A stretch of 64,000 nucleotides of DNA from assembly GCA_965213705.1 (NCBI GenBank), contig OZ243913.1:1088001-1152000 (forward strand), in the 5' to 3' direction. The notes below the pieces were generated by a model, which saw only the letters and a list, made by a program, of their open reading frames with translations, was not told the DNA's origin and ran no database searches. This document shows, in pieces, positions 30,869 through 40,032 of this stretch. The stretch comes from Trueperaceae bacterium (GTDB taxonomy: Bacteria > Deinococcota > Deinococci > Deinococcales > Trueperaceae). Position numbers and translations under genes: made by a program. Position 1 is the stretch's first letter, and the number at the start of each line of letters is the position of its first letter.

Positions 30869-31987
30869 ATGCTTGACTTACCAGCCACACTCGCCAAAAC
30901 GCCCTCGACACCCCAGCGGAGACGAATGAAGGACTCAGATACAGCCGATGTAAAAGACACGCCGACGCTCGAGCACAACCTCACCGAGCTGCGCCGCAAA
31001 GGCGGGTCACCGGAAAAACAATCGTTACGCGGCTTCGAGCCTCAGTACCGCGACATCGTCGAGTACATCGTCCGCATCACCCACCGGATTTGGGAAGAGG
31101 GCGATATGGGCTACATCTATGACACCTACCTCCACAACGTGACGGTCCATACGGGCTACGGCACGGCTTACGGGGTCGAGGAGGTCGTGAGCGGCTCGAT
31201 TGCCTTTTTGGCCGCCCTGCCCGACCGCCGCATGTACGCCGAGGACGTTGTTTGGACCGGCGACGACGCGGAAGGTTTTCACACTTCGCACCTCATTGTG
31301 AACACCGGGACCAACAGCGGTTACAGCCCCTGGGGGCCGCCGACGGGTAAGCGGGTCGGGTTTTTGGCCATCGCCAACTGCTTGGTGCGCGAAAACCGAA
31401 TTGTCGAAGAATGGCTCGTCCGCGATACAAGCGCGCTGCTGCGGGGCCTCGGCTACAGTTTGTGGGACGTGGCGCGGGCGGCGGTAGCCGCACAGCCGCC
31501 GCGAGTTTTCGGCGAGACCGGCCGTCTGCAAGGGCAACACCCGCCCGTTCCCTACCAGCCTCGGCACGACGAGCCTCACGTCGAGGACCTCGTGCGGCGA
31601 CTGTTTCACGAGGTCTGGAACGGGCGGCACTTCAACGTGTTGGGCGAGGTTTACGGGGAGGACGCAACTCTGCACGTGCCCGGCGGGCTCACGCTGCGGG
31701 GCGGGGCGAACGTCCGCGCCTACCACCTCAACTTCGTCGCCATGTTTCCGGACGCCCACCTCAACGTCGAGCACGTTTACTGGCTCGGCAACGAAACCGA
31801 CGGCTACCGCGTGGCGGTGCGCTGGCGCTTCGCGGGCACGCACGCGCGCTACGGGTGGTACGGGCCGCCCACGAACAAGCGTGTGGACGTTTTGGGCATC
31901 AGTCACCTGCACGTCAAAGACGGTAGAGTGACGAAACACTATTTCGTTTTCGACGAGCTGGCGGTCGTGATGCAGCTCGTCGCGTGA
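30869..31987 (+). CDS. SnoaL/ester cyclase (NTF2-like) family protein, two domains
   Basis: [46 protein letters not shown]; alternative start 30926. Confidence 0.87.
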   Translation: MLDLPATLAKTPSTPQRRRMKDSDTADVKDTPTLEHNLTELRRKGGSPEKQSLRGFEPQYRDIVEYIVRITHRIWEEGDMGYIYDTYLHNVTVHTGYGTAYGVEEVVSGSIAFLAALPDRRMYAEDVVWTGDDAEGFHTSHLIVNTGTNSGYSPWGPPTGKRVGFLAIANCLVRENRIVEEWLVRDTSALLRGLGYSLWDVARAAVAAQPPRVFGETGRLQGQHPPVPYQPRHDEPHVEDLVRRLFHEVWNGRHFNVLGEVYGEDATLHVPGGLTLRGGANVRAYHLNFVAMFPDAHLNVEHVYWLGNETDGYRVAVRWRFAGTHARYGWYGPPTNKRVDVLGISHLHVKDGRVTKHYFVFDELAVVMQLVA

Positions 31988-31995
31988 GGAGAGAC

Positions 31996-33288
31996 ATGGC
32001 CGTAACCGTTCTTAAAGAGGGCGTCGACGTCGGCACCAAGCAGGACATCGACAGCAAGGTGCGCGAGACGGTCGAAGCGACCCTCAAACGTATCGAAGCG
32101 GGCGGCGACGCGGCGGTGCGCGAGCTGTCTGAAAAGTTCGACCGCTACTCGCCCGAGAGTTTTCGGCTCTCCGAAGACGAGATAGCGGCCTGCGTCGAGC
32201 AGGTGCCCAAGGACGAACTGGCGGCGATTCGGTTTTCGCTCGAGCAGGTCCGCACCTTTGCAAAAGCGCAGCGCGCGAGCGTCCGCGACGTCGAGGTCGA
32301 AACGCTGCCGGGCGTGACGCTGGGCCACAAAAACATACCCGTCAACGCGGTCGGCTGTTACGCGCCGGGGGGCCGCTACCCGATGATTGCCAGCGTCATC
32401 ATGAGCGTCGCCACGGCGAAAGTGGCGGGCGTGAAGCGCGTCGTCGCCTGCGCGCCGCCCAAAGACGGCAAACCCTACCCCGCCACGGTCGCCACCATGC
32501 AACTCGCCGGGGCGGACGAGATTTACGTCCTCGGGGGTATCCAGGCCGTCGGCGCGATGGCGCTGGGCACCGAAACGCTGTCACCCGTCGACATGCTGGT
32601 CGGCCCCGGCAACGCTTTTGTCGCCGAGGCGAAGCGGCAACTGTTCGGGCGCGTCGGCATCGACCTGTTCGCCGGGCCGACCGAAGTCCTCGTCATCGCC
32701 GACGACACGGCCGACCTGGAAATGGTCGCGACCGACCTGTTGGGTCAGGCCGAGCACGGCCCGAACTCGCCGGCAGTCCTGCTCACGACGAGCGAGCGCT
32801 TGGCGCAGGGGCTGCAAGCCGAAATCGACCGGCAGTTGCAAACCCTGGCAACCGCCGACGTCGCCGGGCAAGCCTGGCGGGAGTACGGCCAAATCATCCT
32901 CGTCGACACGGACGAGGAACTGGTGCGTGAGGCCGACCGACTCGCCAGCGAGCACGTCGAGGTGTTGACCGCAAACCCGGACTACTTTCTGGAACACATG
33001 ACGAACTACGGCTCCCTCTTCTTAGGCCCCGAAACGAACGTCGCCTACGGCGACAAGGCCATCGGCACCAACCACATCCTGCCGACGAACAAGGCGGCGC
33101 GCTACACGGGCGGCTTGTGGGTCGGCAAGTTCCTAAAGACGGTGACCTACCAACGCTGCACCCCCGAGGCGAGCGTCGTCGTCGGCAAAAACTGCGAAAA
33201 AATCTGCGACATCGAAGGCTTTGCGGGCCACAAGCGCCAGGCGACGTTGCGGGTGGAGCGGTACGGGGAGGAGGTCGTTCGTTCTTAA
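31996..33288 (+). CDS. Histidinol dehydrogenase paralog (HisD/HpsN superfamily), probably catabolic
   Basis: [46 protein letters not shown]; no his genes nearby. Confidence 0.9.
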   Translation: MAVTVLKEGVDVGTKQDIDSKVRETVEATLKRIEAGGDAAVRELSEKFDRYSPESFRLSEDEIAACVEQVPKDELAAIRFSLEQVRTFAKAQRASVRDVEVETLPGVTLGHKNIPVNAVGCYAPGGRYPMIASVIMSVATAKVAGVKRVVACAPPKDGKPYPATVATMQLAGADEIYVLGGIQAVGAMALGTETLSPVDMLVGPGNAFVAEAKRQLFGRVGIDLFAGPTEVLVIADDTADLEMVATDLLGQAEHGPNSPAVLLTTSERLAQGLQAEIDRQLQTLATADVAGQAWREYGQIILVDTDEELVREADRLASEHVEVLTANPDYFLEHMTNYGSLFLGPETNVAYGDKAIGTNHILPTNKAARYTGGLWVGKFLKTVTYQRCTPEASVVVGKNCEKICDIEGFAGHKRQATLRVERYGEEVVRS

Positions 33289-33336
33289 TCGTTCTGGACT
33301 TGTAAAAACGAATGACGAAAAACGAACAACGCTTCT

Positions 33337-34086
33337 ATGCCCCTCCCCCTCGAGCACAAAACCGCCCTCGTCACCGGCGCGGCGGGCGGCATCGGTTCCG
33401 AGCTTTGCCGTCACCTGGCTGAGGCGGGCGCGCGGGTCGTCGTGACCTACCGCAGCAGCGAACGTGAAGCGCGGCGCTTGGCCGAAAGCTTGAGCGGTGA
33501 GGGTCATATGGTCGCTCGAGCCGTCGTGGACGACAGCGCCACCCTGAACGCGCTTGCCGAACAGGTCGAAGCGGATTACGGCAAGCTCGACATCCTGGTC
33601 AACAACGCGGGCGTCACCCGGCCCGTGCCGCACGACGACTTGGTGGCGCTGGACGACGAGCTTATCGACAGCATCTTCCGCGTGAACGTGCGGGGGGCGC
33701 TGGCGGCGGTGCGGGCCTTCAAACCCTTGTTACAACGCTCCGGCGACGGGCTCGTCGTCAATATCTCGTCGGTTGCCGGGCGCACCGGGGTGGGCAGCAA
33801 CGTGGCTTACTGCGCCTCGAAGGCCGCGCTCGACTCGGTGACCCGCTCGCTGGCTCGGGCGCTCGCCCCCACCGTCCGCGTGGTGTCGGTGTCGCCGGGC
33901 TGGGTGCTGGGCGAGTACGCCAAACGAATGCCGCCTGAAACCATCGACGAGCAGGTCCGCAGAACCCCGCTCGAGCGCGTCGCCACGGCCGACGACGTGG
34001 CGCGGGCGGTGTTGGCGGTGGCGAGCAGTTTGACCTTTTCTACAGGATGTGTGATTCCGGTGGACGGGGGTCGGCCGCTGTTGTGA
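33337..34086 (+). CDS. Short-chain dehydrogenase/reductase
   Basis: TGAAGGIG, NNAG, YCASK. Confidence 0.92.
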   Translation: MPLPLEHKTALVTGAAGGIGSELCRHLAEAGARVVVTYRSSEREARRLAESLSGEGHMVARAVVDDSATLNALAEQVEADYGKLDILVNNAGVTRPVPHDDLVALDDELIDSIFRVNVRGALAAVRAFKPLLQRSGDGLVVNISSVAGRTGVGSNVAYCASKAALDSVTRSLARALAPTVRVVSVSPGWVLGEYAKRMPPETIDEQVRRTPLERVATADDVARAVLAVASSLTFSTGCVIPVDGGRPLL

Positions 34087-34128
34087 ACGCTGTTACGAAT
34101 CCAGTCTGCAACAGTCTGTAAAACGATT

Positions 34129-35232
34129 TCAGAAAACGGTTTCACCCGTGACGCGTGCCCGCAACCGCGAAGAGCCGTAGAGCAAGTCCGTAAAAAAGCG
34201 CCCGTCCGGCGCGGTGAGCCACCGAAAAGGCTCGGGCGCTTGTTCGTAAACCGCGCGCAACAAAGCGTGTGCGGTCTCGAGCGGGTCGAACGCCTCACCC
34301 CGCCCCCCGTCCTGCACAGCCAGCTTCACCCCGTGAACCTCCACCCCGGCGTGTTTCGAAAAGGTCGGCACGAAGCTGACGGGCTCGAAGCGCACACCGG
34401 GCACCGCACGGGCGGCAAGCGTGTCCGCCAGGTTGCCGGCGTCCAGCCAGGGCGCGCCGACCTGCTCGAAGGGCCGGTCGCTGCCGCGCCCTTCGCTGAG
34501 GTTCGTGCCTTCAAAAAACACCGTCGCGGCGTAACAGCGGACGCTGTCAAAGGTCGGCAGGTTGGGCGAAGGGGGCAGCCAGGGCAAGCCGGTCTCGCTC
34601 CAGGGTTCGCCGTGCCAGCCACTCACGGGGACGACGAGCGGCGGCTCGAGCCCTAAGTCTTCAGCCATTTGCAACGCCAGTTCGCCCAGGGTGCGCCCGT
34701 GAATGAACGGAACGTCGTGCGCGCTCACGAACGACTCGAAGCCTGTCGCGACGCCCTCACCCTGAACCCTGCGCCCGAGCGGGTTGGGGCGCTCGAGCAC
34801 CACCAGGCGCGTGCTCGCCCCGGCGCAAGCCTGCAAGCAAGCCTTGAGCGTGGACAAGTAGGTGTAACAGCGCACCCCGACGTCTTGCAAGTCGACTAAT
34901 AGCGCGTCCAAGTCGCTCAAGTGCTCCGCCGCGGGCACACGCCGCGCGCCGTAAAGGCTGACGACAGCTATACCGGTGCGCGGGTCGACACCGTCCCCGA
35001 CGGTTTCCCCCGCTTGCGCGTCGCCGTAAATCCCGTGTTCGGGGCCGAACAGCCGCTCGAGCGTGAGGTCGGGGTGCGCGCGAACCAGGTCGACCGCGTG
35101 CCGGGGTTCGCCGCCGACGCGGGCGACCGAAGCCCGGTGGGCGAGCAGGCCGACGCGCGCCCCCTTCAGGGTGTCCGGCAGGTCGGCGACGAGCCGCTGC
35201 AAACCTACCTGCAACACGGGTTGACGCTCCAC
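34129..35232 (-). CDS. Exo-beta-N-acetylmuramidase NamZ (DUF1343/YbbC) family
   Basis: LFGPEHG, DLQDVGVRCYTY, ERPNPLG, HGRTLGELA, WLPPSPNLP, FEGTNLSEGRG. Confidence 0.92.
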   Translation of the reverse strand: MERQPVLQVGLQRLVADLPDTLKGARVGLLAHRASVARVGGEPRHAVDLVRAHPDLTLERLFGPEHGIYGDAQAGETVGDGVDPRTGIAVVSLYGARRVPAAEHLSDLDALLVDLQDVGVRCYTYLSTLKACLQACAGASTRLVVLERPNPLGRRVQGEGVATGFESFVSAHDVPFIHGRTLGELALQMAEDLGLEPPLVVPVSGWHGEPWSETGLPWLPPSPNLPTFDSVRCYAATVFFEGTNLSEGRGSDRPFEQVGAPWLDAGNLADTLAARAVPGVRFEPVSFVPTFSKHAGVEVHGVKLAVQDGGRGEAFDPLETAHALLRAVYEQAPEPFRWLTAPDGRFFTDLLYGSSRLRARVTGETVF

Positions 35233-35280
35233 AAACCCACCTTAGCCCACTGGGCGGGCCGGACTCGGTTACCATGACCC

Positions 35281-38200
35281 ATGTCTATCGTCGCGGACTA
35301 CCTGCGCAACCTGCGCGAAATCCACCGCTCGGGCCAGGCCGTGCCGGAAACCTCTTACTACGGCACCCTGGAAACGCTGCTCAATGAACTCGGCAAAAGC
35401 CTAAAGCCGCGCGTGCGCGCCATCATCAACCTGCGCAACCGGGGCGCGGGCATCCCCGACGGCGGCCTGTTCGCCGAGGACCAACTGCCCAACGCCGACG
35501 CCGACCCCCTGACGACGGGCCAGAACCCGGCGCGGGGCGTGCTCGAGGTCAAGTCCACCGCCGAAGAGGTCGAGGCCGTGGCGAAAAGTGACCAAGTCAA
35601 AAAGTACCTGGACCGCTACGGCCTGGTCCTCGTCACCAACTACCGCGCCTTTTTGCTGGTCAAAAAGGGGGCGAGCGGCCAGCCCGAACTCCTGGAGCAC
35701 TATGCGCTCGCGCCCGACGAGGCGTCGTTTTGGGCCGCGAGCCTGAACGACCTGCTGGCGCACGAGGAACGCCTCAAAGACTACCTGCGCCGCGCCCTGC
35801 TGCACCGCGCGCCGCTCACCAACCCCAAGGACCTGGCCTGGTTTTTGGCGTCTTACGCGAGGGAAGCCAAGGCCCGCGTCGAAACGTCCGAGTTGCCGAC
35901 CCTCCAGGACGTGCGCGCAGCCCTGGAAGAGGCCCTGGGCATCAACTTTCAAGGCGACAAGGGCGACCACTTTTTCCGCTCGACCCTCATCCAAACGCTT
36001 TTTTACGGGGTTTTCTCGGCCTGGGTTCTGTGGAGTAAAGAGACGCCGCCCGCCTCCGAGGCGCGCTTCAACTGGAAAGAGGCCGCCTGGACGCTGCAAG
36101 TGCCGGTGATTCGCGCCCTGTTCGAGCGCGTGGCGACGCCGAGCCGCCTGAACAACCTCAAACTGGTTGAAGTCCTCGAGTGGACCGGCGACGCCCTGAA
36201 CCGCGTGGACCGCGCCGCCTTTTTCGAGCGCTTCGACGAGGGCCAGGCGGTGCAGTATTTTTACGAGCCGTTCTTGGAAGCCTTCGACCCCGAACTTCGC
36301 CGCGACCTGGGCGTGTGGTACACGCCGCCCGAGGTTGTCACCTACATGGTTGAGCGCGTAGACCGCGTGCTCCGCGACGAACTCGGCGTTGCCGACGGGC
36401 TGGCCGACGAGCAGGTCTACGTCCTCGACCCCTGTTGCGGCACCGGCACCTACCTGGTCGAAGTGTTGGGGCGAATAGGCAAGACGCTGCGGGACAAGGG
36501 CGGCGACGCGCTGCTCGGCAGCGACCTGAAACAGGCCGCCACACGCCGCGTCTTCGGCTTCGAGATTTTGCCCGCGCCCTTCGTGGTGGCCCACTTGCAA
36601 CTGGGGTTGCTGCTGCAAAACTTGGGCGCGCCGCTGAAAGAAGCGACGAACGAGCGCGCCGCGGTGTACCTCACCAACGCGCTGACCGGCTGGGCTGACG
36701 AGGCCCAGCCGGTGCTGAACTTTCCCGAGTTGGCCCAAGAGCGCGACGCCGCCGGGGAGGTTAAAAAGCACACGAACATTTTAGTCGTAATCGGCAACCC
36801 TCCCTACAACGGCTTTGCGGGCATGGCGGTGACCGAGGAGCGCCAACTGAGTAACGCCTACCGCACCACCAAACGCGCGCCCGCGCCGCGGGGCCAAGGT
36901 TTGAACGACCTCTACATCCGCTTTTACCGCATGGCCGAGCGCCAAATCGTCGAGCAGACCGGGCGCGGCGTGGTCTGCTACATCTCCAACTATTCGTGGC
37001 TGGACGGCCTCAGCTTTACGGGGATGCGCGAGCGCTACCTGGAGCTGTTCGACCGCGTGTGGATAGACTCCCTGAACGGCGACAAGTACCGCACCGGCAA
37101 GCTCACCCCGGACGGCAAGCCCGACCCGAGCGTGTTCTCCACCGAGTTCAACCGCGAGGGCATCCAGGTCGGCACCGCCGTCGCGCTGCTGGCTAGAACC
37201 GGCGAACACGCGCCCAGCGACCACATTCACTACCGCAACCTGTGGGGCCGTGACAAGCTCGAGCACCTAGCCAACACAGACTTCGACACGCTCGAGGGCG
37301 AATATGAACAAGTCGAACCCGTTTTGGAGATAGGCTTCCCCTTCACACCCTCGAGCGCAGCGATAAATTATTTCGAGTGGCCTCTTCTGGCAGATATTTT
37401 TCCAACGTCGTTTCCTGGCATCCAACCAAGCCGAGACCCTTTGGTCGTAGATATTGACAAAGGTGAACTCGTGCAGCGGATGGAAAAGTATTTTGACCCT
37501 GGTGTGAGTAACGTGGAGATGGAAAGAATTTCGCCCACGGCTATGAATAGCACGTCGCGTTTCGCGGCTGATGAAGTTCGTAAATACTTGGTTGAACGTG
37601 GTTTCTTGCCTGACAACGTTGTTCGTTATTGCTATCGCCCCTTTGATATGAGGTGGCTTTACTGGGAACCTGAGACAAAACTGCTGGACGAAAAAAGAGC
37701 TGAATATGTTGCTCAAGTTTCTGATAAGAATGTTTGGCTTGCTGCTGTTCAACAAAATAGAAAAGCGTTTGACCCACCTTTGGCATCTTCTATTCACTGC
37801 TCCCGACACATTGTTGAGAGAGGCGCAAACCTTTTTCCCCTCTATCTCAAGTTGGATGAAGGCACACTGTTTCAAGAAATCCGACCGAACCTGAGTGAAA
37901 AGGCTTTGAGTTATTTGGCTGAGCTTCCCGCCGACGCCGAAAACCTCTTCTATCACGCTTTGGCGGTTCAGCACGCAATCGCTTACCAAACCGAAAACGC
38001 CGGAGCCCTCCGTCAAGATTGGCCCCGCATCCCTCTTCCCGCCTCCGCAGAGCGGCTTGGGGCCTCGGCTGACTTGGGGCGCATGGTGGCGGGGTTGCTC
38101 GAGACCGAGACGCCCGTACCCGGCGTAACTACCGGCAAAGTGCGCGACGAGTTGAAACTTATCGGGGGCATAAGCGCGGTTTCAGGTCAGAGCTTGAACC

Positions 38201-38646
38201 CGGAGACGGACCTGTCTCTTACCCAGGGCTGGGGCCACTTCGGCACGCGCAACGCGGTCATGCCGGGCAAGGGCAAAACGGTGGAGCGCGATTACACGCC
38301 GGACGAACTGGCAAGTTTGGAAGCGGGCGCTGCGGCCTTGGGCATGAGCTTGGACGAGGTTCTGGACCTGCTCGGCACCTCGACGTTCGACGTGTACTTG
38401 AACGAGCGCGCCTACTGGAAAAACGTGCCGAGCCGCGTCTGGGACTACACCGTCGGCGGCTATCAAGTGATTAAAAAGTGGCTTTCCTACCGCGAACGGG
38501 GCGTGTTGGGCCGGGCGCTCGGGGTCGACGAGGCGCGGCACGTGACCGAGACGACGCGGCGGGTGGCGGGGTTGCTGCTGCTCGAGCCCGCGCTGAACGA
38601 AAATTATCAGGCCGTGAAGGCGGAGGCCTACAAAGGATTCGGCTGA
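35281..38646 (+). CDS. Single-polypeptide restriction-modification enzyme (PD-ExK nuclease, N6-adenine MTase, Type ISP-like C-terminal TRD; no helicase)
   Basis: PDGG...LEVK, GVWYTPPEVV, LDPCCGTG, IGNPPY, YCYRPFDMRWLYW, WDYTVGGYQVIKKWLSYR. Confidence 0.9.
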   Translation: MSIVADYLRNLREIHRSGQAVPETSYYGTLETLLNELGKSLKPRVRAIINLRNRGAGIPDGGLFAEDQLPNADADPLTTGQNPARGVLEVKSTAEEVEAVAKSDQVKKYLDRYGLVLVTNYRAFLLVKKGASGQPELLEHYALAPDEASFWAASLNDLLAHEERLKDYLRRALLHRAPLTNPKDLAWFLASYAREAKARVETSELPTLQDVRAALEEALGINFQGDKGDHFFRSTLIQTLFYGVFSAWVLWSKETPPASEARFNWKEAAWTLQVPVIRALFERVATPSRLNNLKLVEVLEWTGDALNRVDRAAFFERFDEGQAVQYFYEPFLEAFDPELRRDLGVWYTPPEVVTYMVERVDRVLRDELGVADGLADEQVYVLDPCCGTGTYLVEVLGRIGKTLRDKGGDALLGSDLKQAATRRVFGFEILPAPFVVAHLQLGLLLQNLGAPLKEATNERAAVYLTNALTGWADEAQPVLNFPELAQERDAAGEVKKHTNILVVIGNPPYNGFAGMAVTEERQLSNAYRTTKRAPAPRGQGLNDLYIRFYRMAERQIVEQTGRGVVCYISNYSWLDGLSFTGMRERYLELFDRVWIDSLNGDKYRTGKLTPDGKPDPSVFSTEFNREGIQVGTAVALLARTGEHAPSDHIHYRNLWGRDKLEHLANTDFDTLEGEYEQVEPVLEIGFPFTPSSAAINYFEWPLLADIFPTSFPGIQPSRDPLVVDIDKGELVQRMEKYFDPGVSNVEMERISPTAMNSTSRFAADEVRKYLVERGFLPDNVVRYCYRPFDMRWLYWEPETKLLDEKRAEYVAQVSDKNVWLAAVQQNRKAFDPPLASSIHCSRHIVERGANLFPLYLKLDEGTLFQEIRPNLSEKALSYLAELPADAENLFYHALAVQHAIAYQTENAGALRQDWPRIPLPASAERLGASADLGRMVAGLLETETPVPGVTTGKVRDELKLIGGISAVSGQSLNPETDLSLTQGWGHFGTRNAVMPGKGKTVERDYTPDELASLEAGAAALGMSLDEVLDLLGTSTFDVYLNERAYWKNVPSRVWDYTVGGYQVIKKWLSYRERGVLGRALGVDEARHVTETTRRVAGLLLLEPALNENYQAVKAEAYKGFG

Positions 38647-38704
38647 ACAACTGTTTTGAGGTTTGACCAAAACGTTTAGACCAACCCTGTGCTAATCTGA
38701 AGGT

Positions 38705-38935
38705 ATGAAAAGCGTCCAACTCCACGAGGCCAAGGCGCGACTCTCGGAACTTATCGAGGCCGTTCAGCAGGGTGAGGAAATCGTGATTTCGAAGTACGGC
38801 AAGCCTGTCGCCAAACTTTCGGCCGTCGTCACACCGGGCGAGCGCAAACTAGGCTTTTACCCTATCGAGTTCGAGAGCGATTTGCTCGAGCCGACCTCTC
38901 AGGACGTGATAGACGGCTTCTACGGCGACGACTGA
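38705..38935 (+). CDS. Phd/YefM family antitoxin
   Basis: VQLHEAKARLSELI...GEEIVISKYGKPVAKL. Confidence 0.92.
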   Translation: MKSVQLHEAKARLSELIEAVQQGEEIVISKYGKPVAKLSAVVTPGERKLGFYPIEFESDLLEPTSQDVIDGFYGDD

Positions 38936-39328
38936 GTGCGCTGTTTGTTGGACACGCACGCCCTGGCTTGGGCCGTGGGCGACGCCGCTTTGCTGAGCGA
39001 GGCCGCGACGCGCGTTTTACAGAACCGTCAAAACCAGCTTTTCGTCAGCCCGGCGAGCGTTTGGGAAATGAGTATCAAGCACGCTTCGGGCAAGTGGCCG
39101 GAAGTCGCGCCGTTTGTGGACGAGCAGCTTTACGCTCACCTGGTGCGGCAGTTGGGCACCTCCGAACTGCTCATCAGTCATAAGCACACCCGCTTAGCAG
39201 GTCGGTTGACGGCAACGCACAAAGACCCCTTCGACTGTATGTTGGTCGCCCAAGCTTTGCTGGAAGGCCTGACGCTCGTCAGCAAAGATGTCGCTCTGGA
39301 CGCCCTCGCGGTCGAAAGAGTGTGGTAG
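38936..39328 (+). CDS. vapC: VapC PIN-domain toxin
   Basis: LLDTHALAW, VSPASVWEMSIK, HKDPFDCMLVAQA, LVSKD. Confidence 0.92.
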   Translation: MRCLLDTHALAWAVGDAALLSEAATRVLQNRQNQLFVSPASVWEMSIKHASGKWPEVAPFVDEQLYAHLVRQLGTSELLISHKHTRLAGRLTATHKDPFDCMLVAQALLEGLTLVSKDVALDALAVERVW

Positions 39329-39394
39329 CTCGAGCCGCGGTTTAATGAGAGTTGCCGGGTGGTGAAGGCGGAGGCGTATGCCTGGCCCGGTTGA
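39329..39394 (+). repeat. Diverged duplicate of the last 22 codons of the R-M gene (38581-38646)
   Basis: LEPRFNESCRVVKAEAYAWPG* versus LEPALNENYQAVKAEAYKGFG*; both copies begin with CTCGAG. Confidence 0.85.
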
Positions 39395-39418
39395 ACCTGC
39401 GGCTCAGCACTCGTTAGC

Positions 39419-39664
39419 TCAGTTTTCACCCTCGGGCAAAGCGACGGTGATTTCGTCCGTGACTTTACGCAGGTCGGAGGCGTCCAGCTCGAGTTGCAAG
39501 GCGCGTGCGTAAAGTTCGCCTTCGGCGTCCCCGTAAGCCTCACTGTCAGGGGGTAGTTGCTCGAGCTTTTCTATGAGCGTGATGACCTGTCGACTGCTGT
39601 CTTTCAACTCGCTCAAAAGACGCGTCCGGTACTGCTTTAGGCTAGTTAGTTTACTGGCAATCAC
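39419..39664 (-). CDS. Small acidic helical hypothetical protein
   Basis: 4-bp overlap with the upstream ORF; leucine-rich amphipathic pattern. Confidence 0.7.
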   Translation of the reverse strand: MIASKLTSLKQYRTRLLSELKDSSRQVITLIEKLEQLPPDSEAYGDAEGELYARALQLELDASDLRKVTDEITVALPEGEN

Positions 39665-39858
39665 GCTCTACCTCCGGGTAACGCTGCTCGCAGCTCAGCA
39701 AGAATGCGCAAGTGGATGTCGATGTCCCTTTCCCATTTTGCGACAAGGTATTTGTCGGGGTAAGGCTTGCCGAATTCCGCCTGAATTTTCTGATGGTGCT
39801 CGGCAATAACCCTAAGTTCGCCGTCGATTCTTTTGCGGAGGGTTTTGTTTTTACCCAT
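39661..39858 (-). CDS. Small basic hypothetical protein
   Basis: MGKNKTLRKRI...IAEHHQKI...PD..LVAKWERDI; translationally coupled pair. Confidence 0.7.
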   Translation of the reverse strand: MGKNKTLRKRIDGELRVIAEHHQKIQAEFGKPYPDKYLVAKWERDIDIHLRILAELRAALPGGRA

Positions 39859-39897
39859 TACCGACTCATGAGTAGTTTTTGCTGATTCATTGGTAGC

Positions 39898-39945
39898 TCA
39901 ATCGCCCTCTCGCTCGATGATGGCTGTAAGGTGTCTTTTCATCAT
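39898..39945 (-). pseudogene. N-terminal remnant of a HicB-family antitoxin (MMKRHLTAIIEREGD*)
   Basis: LTAIIEREGD is a typical HicB start; premature TGA. Confidence 0.6.
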
Positions 39946-40032
39946 TACCTTACCCCCTTTGTGGCTCGACAAAATGCTCAGACCAACCCCGCGCTCCTGA
40001 AGCGCGTTTCCGGTGCGTGAGGCGGTGCCGCG

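Noticed and set aside
24187..31987. Polyketide biosynthetic gene cluster suggested by SnoaL domains
   Set aside because: No ketosynthase, ACP or exporter; linkage to an importer points to catabolism
31996..33288. Gene symbol hisD or hpsN
   Set aside because: Motifs and context fit neither cleanly, so it is left unnamed
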